Source: Dehalococcoidia bacterium
GTDB lineage: Bacteria; Chloroflexota; Dehalococcoidia; UBA6926
DNA length: 64,000 nucleotides
NCBI GenBank assembly: GCA_965237465.1
Contig: OZ250138.1
Span: 1,814,643-1,878,642 of the forward strand
Direction of reading: 5' to 3'
The position numbers were made by a program, and so were the translations under genes. Shown piece after piece: positions 46,715 through 54,918 of this stretch (the first letter of the stretch is position 1; each line of letters begins with the position of its first letter). The notes under the pieces were generated by a model, which had not been told where the DNA came from, searched no databases, and worked only from the letters and a program-made list of their open reading frames with translations.

Positions 46715-48394
46715 TCATTGTGGGCTGTCCGCTCCGAGGTTGGCCATCTCCCGCGCGAGAACCTGTTCCTCATCGAGTTTTGCAAAGAGGGCAGTCGGTT
46801 GAGGGAGTTTCGTACCAGCCGCCGGAGGCTCGGCCGTCCATCCTGCGTCCTCGACGCGCCCGGGCAGGCCCAGCATCTCATGCAGTTTCTGGGAACTGAA
46901 GGGCAGGAACGGCGTGAAGAGAGTCTTCAGACCGGTGATAACGCCGATGATCGCCGCCAGTGTCCGCGCGGTCTCTTCCCTGTCGTCGCGGATTGTTCGC
47001 CACGGCGCGCGATCGTCCAGGTAGCGATTGCCCGCCTGCGCCAGGCCCATTGCGACCCCAAGGGCGGCTCGGAATCGACATGCCGATATGTGTTCAGCCG
47101 ACTCGTTCAGAGCCTCATTCACCCTCGCGAGCAGCGCCCCGCCGGCCTCATCCGGCTGAGCATCCGGGACGACGCCGTCGGAGAATCGCTGGAGAAATGT
47201 GAGCGAGCGATGCACGAGGTTGCCGTATGTGCCCACCAACTCCGTGTTGACGCGTCGCACGTAGTCCGGCCATGTGAATTCGGAGTCGGAGGTCTCCGGC
47301 ATGATCGCGGAAAGCACGTACCTGAGCGCATCCGGATCATAGTTGGCCAGGTACTCTGGGACCCATACTGCCCAGTTGCGGCTGGTTGAGAGCTGGTGGC
47401 CCTCCAGGTTCAGGAATTCGTTGGCCGGCACGTCGTCGGGCAGCGCCAGGTCCTCTCCGTAGGCCATGAGCATGGCGGGCCAGATGATTGTGTGGAACGT
47501 GATGTTGTCCTTGCCGATGAAATAGTATGCCTTGGCGTCCGGGCCCCACCACGCCCGCCACGCCTCCGGATCCTTCTTGATCTCTTTCGCCCACTCCACG
47601 GACGCAGACAGGTAGCCAATAACGGCCTCAAACCAGACGTATATCCGGCGGTCCTCCCAGCCATCAAGCGGCACGGGAATGCCCCACTCCAGGTCGCGTG
47701 TATAGGCGCGGTCCCTGAGTCCCTGATCGAGAAAGCCGTTGGTGAAGTTGAGAACCTGCGGGCGCCAGTTCGTCTTGCCGCTCAGCCACTCCTTCAATCG
47801 TTCTTCAAATGCGGAAAAGCGCATCATAAAGTGCGTTCGAGTGCGGAACTCAGGCTCGGCGCCGTCGATGGAGCTGCGAGGATTTATGAGTTCCTGCGGG
47901 TCCAGCGTCCTGCCGCAGCCGTCGCATTGATCGCCGCGAGCCCCGTCAAAGCCGCAATTTGGGCACTCTCCGACGATGTAGCGATCCGGCAGGTATCGAT
48001 TCTGAGTGGGACTGTAGGGCACCTCGTTGGTCGATTCATAGAGCAGGCCCTTTTCATAGAAGCGCATGAAAAAATCCTGCGAAATCCTGAAATGGTTCTC
48101 TGTTTCAGTAGTCGTAAAGAGATCCCAGGAGATGCCGAGGCCCTTCCAGGACTCCAGAAAACCTTCATGGTATCTATCATGCACCTCGCGCGGACTGACG
48201 CCCTCCCGGTCCGCCCGCAGCGTAATGGGCGTGCCGTGCGCGTCTGAGCCGGAGACCATCAGCACGTCATTCCCCTGCAGCCGGTGAAACCGCGCAAAGA
48301 TGTCCGCGGGCAGATATGCGCCCGCGATGTGGCCGAGATGGAGCGGTCCGTTGGCGTACGGCCACGCGACCGCTATGAGAATTGGTTGTGGCAT
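46715..48394 (-). CDS. metG: Methionine--tRNA ligase
   Basis: HLGH (HIGH-type), a zinc knuckle (CPNCG...CDGCG), and a KMSKS-like region. It lacks a C-terminal tRNA-binding appendage. Confidence 0.95.
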   Translation of the reverse strand: MPQPILIAVAWPYANGPLHLGHIAGAYLPADIFARFHRLQGNDVLMVSGSDAHGTPITLRADREGVSPREVHDRYHEGFLESWKGLGISWDLFTTTETENHFRISQDFFMRFYEKGLLYESTNEVPYSPTQNRYLPDRYIVGECPNCGFDGARGDQCDGCGRTLDPQELINPRSSIDGAEPEFRTRTHFMMRFSAFEERLKEWLSGKTNWRPQVLNFTNGFLDQGLRDRAYTRDLEWGIPVPLDGWEDRRIYVWFEAVIGYLSASVEWAKEIKKDPEAWRAWWGPDAKAYYFIGKDNITFHTIIWPAMLMAYGEDLALPDDVPANEFLNLEGHQLSTSRNWAVWVPEYLANYDPDALRYVLSAIMPETSDSEFTWPDYVRRVNTELVGTYGNLVHRSLTFLQRFSDGVVPDAQPDEAGGALLARVNEALNESAEHISACRFRAALGVAMGLAQAGNRYLDDRAPWRTIRDDREETARTLAAIIGVITGLKTLFTPFLPFSSQKLHEMLGLPGRVEDAGWTAEPPAAGTKLPQPTALFAKLDEEQVLAREMANLGADSPQ

Positions 48395-48511
48395 GCGCGT
48401 CTGATAACTATTCTAGCGGCCAACAGCCCCGGACGGGGGGCGATCCGCGTCAGATCACCGATAAACGCAGCCCATGCGTGGCGCCATCGTTGCCTCTGAT
48501 GCCGCCCATGC

Positions 48512-49747
48512 TCAACCGCAAATGTCTGTGGCCGTCAGCGCCAGGACACGCGCGCAGGTCAGAACCTTGTCGATGGAAATCGTCCGCTCCGTGTTGGCGG
48601 TGGCGCCGTAGACGATTGTCGTAGAGCCGCCCCGCGTGAACCATCCGGCGTCCGTCCACGCGTACGAGCCTGGGTCCTGCGGGCCAACCCGTTCAGGGCG
48701 CTGGCCAACAACGTCAGTGTGCCTCCGCGCCACGGTCTGCGGCAGCATGTGATCCGTCGGCACGTCAATGCCGTGGCCGGGGACCTTCATGCTGCGCCAG
48801 TCTTCCGTGTACGTGGCGGGCGGCGGAGCGATCTCAATCTTTGCGTCCGGATTTTCCGCGCGCACACCCTCAAGAACGCGATCAAGGTCTGCCTGCGTCA
48901 GCTCCCAATCCTGGCCTGGGACGCCTCGAACCTCGACGATGATGGCGCAATAGTCAGGCACGTATGACGCTCGCCACTTGAGGAAGTCCGTGCCAATGCC
49001 CCCGTTAATCCCGCCGACGATGAGACGCGGCAGGCCGGGCACGGCGTCATGGGGCTCAGCGGAGAATTCCACGGTGTCAAGCGCTTGAATGACGTCGGCC
49101 ATAACGTTCACGGCGTTCACGTGGGGGACGCGATGAACCATGCCGATCCAGGCGGACTCGCCGGTGACGGTGATGACGTATTGGCAGGCGCCGGAGTGGA
49201 TCGTCCGGACATCGAGATCGGACGGCTCGCAGATGATCGTGTAGTCTGCCCCGATGCCGCGTTGCACGAGGTCATACACGCCCACGCCGCCCTGCAGCTC
49301 GCCCACGACGCCGGTGAAGTACAGATCACCCCGCAGCTGCGCGCCGGAGCGGTGCACGGCGACCGTTGCCGCCGCGGCTGCCGAAACGCCGGCCTTCATG
49401 TTGACGAGGCCGTGGCCTGTTAGCCGCCCATCCTCCTCATGGCAGTCCCACGGGTCCAGCGGGTAGTTCAACGGGACAGGATCAATGTCCAGATGGCCGT
49501 TTAGCATGAGGGACGCGCCGCCGCCGCTGCCCGGAATGCGCACGACGAGGTCCGGCCGACCCGGCTCGTCTGACACGTCGATGAGTTCTGCAGGCAGTCC
49601 GCGTTGCTCAAACCACCCTGCAAGGAACCGCATGACCTCCGCCTCCCCGCCGGAAAAGCTCCGGTAGGACTGCAGGTCCTTCATCAACTGGACGATCTCA
49701 TCCCTATCGATGCCCTCAAGCAGCCGGCTTTCGTTGTTTGACGCCAT
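48512..49747 (-). CDS. M20-family metallopeptidase (ArgE/DapE/ACY1-like)
   Basis: 411-aa ORF with LNGHLDIDPV and GELQGGVG patterns and M20 domain organisation. Confidence 0.8.
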   Translation of the reverse strand: MASNNESRLLEGIDRDEIVQLMKDLQSYRSFSGGEAEVMRFLAGWFEQRGLPAELIDVSDEPGRPDLVVRIPGSGGGASLMLNGHLDIDPVPLNYPLDPWDCHEEDGRLTGHGLVNMKAGVSAAAAATVAVHRSGAQLRGDLYFTGVVGELQGGVGVYDLVQRGIGADYTIICEPSDLDVRTIHSGACQYVITVTGESAWIGMVHRVPHVNAVNVMADVIQALDTVEFSAEPHDAVPGLPRLIVGGINGGIGTDFLKWRASYVPDYCAIIVEVRGVPGQDWELTQADLDRVLEGVRAENPDAKIEIAPPPATYTEDWRSMKVPGHGIDVPTDHMLPQTVARRHTDVVGQRPERVGPQDPGSYAWTDAGWFTRGGSTTIVYGATANTERTISIDKVLTCARVLALTATDICG

Positions 49748-49830
49748 GTCATCCTCCCCGGAGTCATCCTGCGTACAGTGGCTACGCAGGGCCTGCGTGG
49801 CTGGTCATTGGGCACTACTATAGAGGCGTC

Positions 49831-50517
49831 ATGGGAAATCGGTCACTTGCATCCGCAGCACTCCATATCTCGACGCAAGCGGCGTTTCGATTGGGAGCGC
49901 GCTTGACGGTGCGGGGCAGGGAGAATGTCCCCGCTGCGGGACCGGTGATCATCATCGCGAATCACACGCATAACGCAGATCCAGCGTTGATCAACGCCAT
50001 CATGGCGCGGCCTGTCATCTTCCTTGCAAAGAGGGAGCTGGTTACGGGCGGGGGCGCGATTTCGCGGTGGGTGGTGAGGAACTATGGAGTGATTCCGGTG
50101 TCGCGGGGTCGACCGGATCGCGATGCGCTCAAGATGTCGTCTCGGGTTCTGAGAGATGGTGGGATTCTCGGCATGTTTCCGGAGGGGACGCGCAGTCGTG
50201 ACGGCTCGATGAGCGAAGCGAGCCGGGGCACGGCGTACCTTGCCGTGACCTCGGGCGCTCCTGTCCTGCCGATTGGAATCGACGGCCTTTACAAGCTGAC
50301 CAACAACCCGCTACAGGCGGGACGACGCCCCCGCATCACCGCGCGCATAGGCGAGCCATTCGAGCTGCCGGGCGCAACAGATCAGGAGTCACTTCAACGG
50401 GCCACGGACGAAATGATGCGGGCGGTGGCCGCGCTATTGCCTGAGCAAATGCACGGCTACTATAGCGAGAGCGAGAGGTCGCATAATCCGGCGCGCGTGA
50501 ACGCGAGCGAAAGCTAA
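49831..50517 (+). CDS. plsC: 1-acyl-sn-glycerol-3-phosphate acyltransferase
   Basis: Acyltransferase motifs NHTHNADP (HX4D) and FPEGTRS. Confidence 0.85.
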   Translation: MGNRSLASAALHISTQAAFRLGARLTVRGRENVPAAGPVIIIANHTHNADPALINAIMARPVIFLAKRELVTGGGAISRWVVRNYGVIPVSRGRPDRDALKMSSRVLRDGGILGMFPEGTRSRDGSMSEASRGTAYLAVTSGAPVLPIGIDGLYKLTNNPLQAGRRPRITARIGEPFELPGATDQESLQRATDEMMRAVAALLPEQMHGYYSESERSHNPARVNASES

Positions 50518-50527
50518 AGGATTTCCC

Positions 50528-52390
50528 ATGGGCGCCATTATTGGCTACGTCGGTAATCGCGAGGCGGTGCCGGTTCTTCTGGATTCGCTTTCGCGGGTCA
50601 AGAATCACGGCTATGACAGCGCGGGTGTTGCAGTGCGTGATCCTGACGGCTATTTCAACGCCGTCAAGACCGTGGGTCGTCTTGATGTCCTGGAGGGCGC
50701 CCTGTCAGAGGAGGCGCCCCTGGGCCACATCGGCCTTGGCCACACCCGCTGGCGCACTCATGGAGCCATAGCCAGTGAGAATGCCCAGCCTCACCTTGAT
50801 TGTCACGCCCTGCTTGCCGTCGTAGCAAACGGCATAGTTGAGAACCACGTGGAACTCAAGCTTGCGCTGCGGGGACGCGGCCACCGATTTCTGTCGCGAA
50901 CAGACGCTGAGGTTCTGCCTCACCTCATTGAGGAGGAGCTGCTGATGGCGGGGCCGGGAGGAGAGCTGGAGGCGGCAGTTCGAGCGGCGCTGGCCCGGGC
51001 TAAGGGCGCGATTGCGCTGGTCGCAGTAAGCGCCGAGGAGCCGGAGACGATTATCGCGGCGCGCAGCGGCTATGCCAGCCAACTCGTGGTCGGTTGGCGC
51101 GGCAATGAGGCAGTCGTCGCAAGCGAGGTTCCGGCCATCTCGGCTATAGCGGACGACATCGCGTTTCTCGCTGCGGGAGAAATGGCCACGGTTACGCCGC
51201 GGAGCGTCGCTTTCAAGACCCTCATCGCCGGGCGCGATATCGCAAAGCGAGCTATCAAGCTAGCGGAGGATCCCCTGGCTGCGGCGCGCGGCGGCCACAT
51301 GACATTCATGATCAAGGAAATTACTGAGCAACCGGAGGCCTGGACGGATGCCATTCGAGGGCGCGTGGATTTTGAGGATCTTTCCCTGACCCTCGGCGAG
51401 CTGGACCCCATTCAGGAGGCCCTGGGGCGCGTGGAACGCGTCGTGCTAACAGGTTCCAGCTCATCGCTCTACGCGGCGCAGGCCGGTCGACTCTATATCG
51501 AGGAACTGACGGATCTCCCGTGTCAGGTGGACGTTGGGTCTGAGATCCTGTTTGGCGACTTTGAGCTTGGCCCGCAGACGCTGCTGATTGGAGTGACTCA
51601 ATCGGGCGAGACGCTGGATACATTGAGGGTTCTCACTCATGCATCCGAGCTGGGTTCGCCAACGCTTATCGTTACGAATGTTGAGAACTCAACGGGGGTG
51701 CAGATGGCGGACGCGGTGCTGCCGGTGCGCGCGGGCCTGGAGGCGGGCGTCTCTTCGACGAAATCATTCACGACTGCCGTGCTCGCGCTCTACCTGGTGG
51801 CAATGCGCCTGTCCCAACTGAGGCCGGCGAGCGAAGGCGATCCGGTAGCTGTTCGGCTGAATGACCTGGGAAAGCTCGCGGGATTCGCCAATTCAATTCT
51901 TGAGGACCCATCGCCCCTAGCTGCGTTGGCGACGCGCTATGGCAACAGGCGTGACGCGATTTATATCGGTCATGGCCGTATGTACCCCATCGCGGCTGAG
52001 GGGGCCTGGAAACTGATGCAGCTGGGATATATTCACGCCACGGCGTATCCCGGATCAGAACTGACGCATGGGCCGATTGCGCTGATCCACGGCGATGAAA
52101 CCCCTGTAATCGCCCTTGCTCCTCGAAGCGCCGAGTATAGCCGGATGGCCTCCGCGATTCGTCTGGTCAAGGAGGGTGGGGGCGTCGTCGCGGCCATCCT
52201 GACAGAGGGGGATGAGGAGCTGGCCCGCATCGTCGACCACCCAATATTCATACCGGCGGATGCGCCGGAGTCGCTGCTGCCGCTTTTAGCCTCGGTGCCG
52301 TTGCAGCTATTCGCCTACTATGCCGGCATTCAGCAAGGCAATGAGGTTGACGAGCCGCGGAACATCAGGCGAATTGAGGACTTTGTCTAG
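50528..52390 (+). CDS. GlmS-like protein (Gn_AT_II-like domain plus two SIS domains) lacking the N-terminal catalytic Cys
   Basis: 620-aa ORF collinear with glutamine--fructose-6-phosphate aminotransferase (HTRW.THG, NGI.EN, TQSGET.DTL, VSSTKSF, THGPIALI). However, it begins MGAIIGY instead of MCGI(I/V)GY. Confidence 0.8.
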   Translation: MGAIIGYVGNREAVPVLLDSLSRVKNHGYDSAGVAVRDPDGYFNAVKTVGRLDVLEGALSEEAPLGHIGLGHTRWRTHGAIASENAQPHLDCHALLAVVANGIVENHVELKLALRGRGHRFLSRTDAEVLPHLIEEELLMAGPGGELEAAVRAALARAKGAIALVAVSAEEPETIIAARSGYASQLVVGWRGNEAVVASEVPAISAIADDIAFLAAGEMATVTPRSVAFKTLIAGRDIAKRAIKLAEDPLAAARGGHMTFMIKEITEQPEAWTDAIRGRVDFEDLSLTLGELDPIQEALGRVERVVLTGSSSSLYAAQAGRLYIEELTDLPCQVDVGSEILFGDFELGPQTLLIGVTQSGETLDTLRVLTHASELGSPTLIVTNVENSTGVQMADAVLPVRAGLEAGVSSTKSFTTAVLALYLVAMRLSQLRPASEGDPVAVRLNDLGKLAGFANSILEDPSPLAALATRYGNRRDAIYIGHGRMYPIAAEGAWKLMQLGYIHATAYPGSELTHGPIALIHGDETPVIALAPRSAEYSRMASAIRLVKEGGGVVAAILTEGDEELARIVDHPIFIPADAPESLLPLLASVPLQLFAYYAGIQQGNEVDEPRNIRRIEDFV

Positions 52391-52456
52391 GGCAGCCGCC
52401 AGCGAAACGCGCCAGACGCCGGGGCGTCCAGTGACGGTGGAGCGGCGAGAGCCGCT

Positions 52457-54868
52457 TTAGACGAGAATCTTCGACTCGACCAATTCGCGTACGTCTGACT
52501 CCGAGTAGCCTAGCAGCTCCCGCATAACGTACTCATTGTGCTGACCGAGGCCCGGGGCGCCCATGCGGATGGCGCCAGGAGTGTCCGACAACGAGGCTCC
52601 GAATGACGCATGCCTCAATGCGCCCCACTCAGGCTCCGGGTGATTGACCGTGACGACGTACCCGCGGGCATTCAGAGCCGGGTCAAAGAACGTGTCCTCC
52701 GTGGTCTGGCACGCCGCGGCGGGCACGCCGTGGCGTTGAAGCGTAAACATGACCTGTCGCGGCGTCAGTGTGCGTGTCCAGTTGGAGAGTTCTTCGTCCA
52801 ACGCATCGCGGTTCGCCAGACGCTCCTCCGGTGTTGAGAAGCGAGCGTCCTGAGTCCATGCAGGAACCTCGCCGCGCGGGGGCGTCATGGCCCGCGCCAG
52901 CCCTTCCCATTCCTCCTGCGTGTGGCATGCGATGACGCACCATGCATCGTCTCCCAGACACAGGTAAGCATCGTGCGGGGCGGCATAGTCCCGCCGATTG
53001 CCCGCCGGCTCCTGGTTCACGCCGTTGACGTAGTAGTCCAGCAGGGGCACGCCGAGGGCATTGGCCTGGGCCTCCACTTGTGAGACCTCGATGTGCTGGC
53101 CCTGTCCGGTCCGTTGCCGGTGATAGAGGGCGGCCTGCAGCATGAAGCCGGATTGCCCTCCGACGAAGAAATCCGCGTAGTAGACTCCGCAACGCATGTC
53201 GGGCGTCGATTCCGGATGACCCCAGAGGTGCGTGACGCCTGAGGCGGTCTGAGCCTGCAAGCCGAAGAGGACGTGGGAAGCAAACGGGCCGGTGCTGCCC
53301 CAGCCCGGCATGCTCATGTAAACGATGTCAGGCTTGACGGCGCGAATGCCCTCGTAGTCCAGACCCCACCGATTTAGCGCCCCGGCCGCGTAGTTTTCAA
53401 CCACCGCGTCGCTCGTGGACGCCAGTTTGCGGACAATGGCCTGTCCGTCGGTGTGATGCAAATCCACGGTGATGCTCATCTTGTTGCGATTGAGTTCAGG
53501 ATGCATCGGCAGCAGGCCGGTGATACGCGACGCGGGGTCAAACAGGGACGACTCAATCTTGATGACTTCGGCGCCAAAGTCGGCCACCTGGCGCGTGCCG
53601 TACGGTCCCACCCAGATACGTGTTAGATCAGTGACGCGCACGCCTTCCAACGGCAGGCGTCCGTTGCCGGGGTGGGCCATGGGCGCCGAAGACGAGGCCG
53701 GAAACGGAGCAGCCACGGCCTCCGCCAGAACCTCATCAGTGTGCTGTCCGAGCGTTGGGGCAGGGCGACGCATCGCCCAGGGAGTTTCGCTCAGCCGCCC
53801 GGTTGGGCCCGGAAGCCGGTATGCGCCGACCACGGGGTGCTCAACGTCCTGGAAATAGTCGCGGAAGAGCAAATGCGGATTGTTGGCGAGGTCCGCAGGC
53901 GTGCTGACAGGCGTCGCGGGGATGCGGCGGCTCTGCGCCTCCTCAACGGCCTGGGCGACGGTCTTCGAGAGAAGGAACTCCGTCGCAATCCCATTGATGA
54001 ACTCAGCATTCTCGCTGCGGACACTCAAATCCTTGAACATCTCATCCTGGAGGACGGCGTTCTCAGTCCATTCCCCGAATGCCTTGAACTGGCTGGGCTG
54101 AATTGGCGAGAAGCCGATCCAACCGTCGCTGCACTCGAAAACGCCGGTGCCGCCTCCGGCGCCCGCGCCCGGCCGCTGAGCAATCGTGCCGTTGTAACCG
54201 TACTGGGAGACGATAAACAGGATGTTGGCGATGGCCTCCTGCATTGAGACATCGACATGTTGGCCTGCGCCGGAATGCTCCCGCGAAAACAGGGCGTTCA
54301 TGATGCCTATCGCCGCGTGCGTTCCTGTCACGGAGTATCCAAGAAACGCCGGCGACATGACTGGTTGACGCTCCGGATCACCCTGCAGCATCATCAGGCC
54401 GCCCATCGCCTCTGCGTGCAAATCCGTGCCCTTGTAGGAAGCGAACGGGCCCGTCTGCCCATACGGCGTCACCGAGCACACGATCAGCCGAGGGTTCGCA
54501 GACCGCAAAGCCTCTGATCCCAACCCGATCCCGTCCATGTAGCCGGGCGTGTTGGTTTCTATCAGGACATCGGCGGATTGGGCGAGTTGGCGGACTTGCT
54601 CCTGTCCCTCCGGCGTCGTGATGTCCACGAGCGCGCTGCGCTTGTTTGCGTGAAACGCGTGGAAGACGAGGCTACGCTCGCCGTCGACGACGCCGCCGGC
54701 GAAAGGAGGCAGTCGCCGGGCCGCGTCGCCATCCGGGCCTTCCAGCAACGTGACCGTCGCTCCAAAATCCGCCAGCAGCTTTGATGCGTACATAGACGGC
54801 ATCCCGCCCAGGTCAAGGACGCGCAGGCCATCAAGGGCGCCGGGTTTCAGTGTCGTATCCGCCGTCAT
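52457..54868 (-). CDS. Fusion of two class III (CaiB/BaiF/Frc-type) CoA-transferase modules
   Basis: 803-aa ORF. Module 1 starts LDGLRVLDLGG..YASKLLADFGATV. Module 2 starts LEGVRVTDLTRIWVGPYGTRQVADFGAEVIKIE after a short Ala/Pro/Ser linker. Confidence 0.85.
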   Translation of the reverse strand: MTADTTLKPGALDGLRVLDLGGMPSMYASKLLADFGATVTLLEGPDGDAARRLPPFAGGVVDGERSLVFHAFHANKRSALVDITTPEGQEQVRQLAQSADVLIETNTPGYMDGIGLGSEALRSANPRLIVCSVTPYGQTGPFASYKGTDLHAEAMGGLMMLQGDPERQPVMSPAFLGYSVTGTHAAIGIMNALFSREHSGAGQHVDVSMQEAIANILFIVSQYGYNGTIAQRPGAGAGGGTGVFECSDGWIGFSPIQPSQFKAFGEWTENAVLQDEMFKDLSVRSENAEFINGIATEFLLSKTVAQAVEEAQSRRIPATPVSTPADLANNPHLLFRDYFQDVEHPVVGAYRLPGPTGRLSETPWAMRRPAPTLGQHTDEVLAEAVAAPFPASSSAPMAHPGNGRLPLEGVRVTDLTRIWVGPYGTRQVADFGAEVIKIESSLFDPASRITGLLPMHPELNRNKMSITVDLHHTDGQAIVRKLASTSDAVVENYAAGALNRWGLDYEGIRAVKPDIVYMSMPGWGSTGPFASHVLFGLQAQTASGVTHLWGHPESTPDMRCGVYYADFFVGGQSGFMLQAALYHRQRTGQGQHIEVSQVEAQANALGVPLLDYYVNGVNQEPAGNRRDYAAPHDAYLCLGDDAWCVIACHTQEEWEGLARAMTPPRGEVPAWTQDARFSTPEERLANRDALDEELSNWTRTLTPRQVMFTLQRHGVPAAACQTTEDTFFDPALNARGYVVTVNHPEPEWGALRHASFGASLSDTPGAIRMGAPGLGQHNEYVMRELLGYSESDVRELVESKILV

Positions 54869-54918
54869 TCCATTCCTCCCGCCGACTAGTCCGACATCGG
54901 GCCCACAGGCCCATGCTC

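Noticed and set aside
50518-50527. glmS ribozyme upstream of the glmS-like gene.
   Set aside because: Only 10 nt separate the plsC stop from the start codon, leaving no room for a ~170-nt ribozyme.
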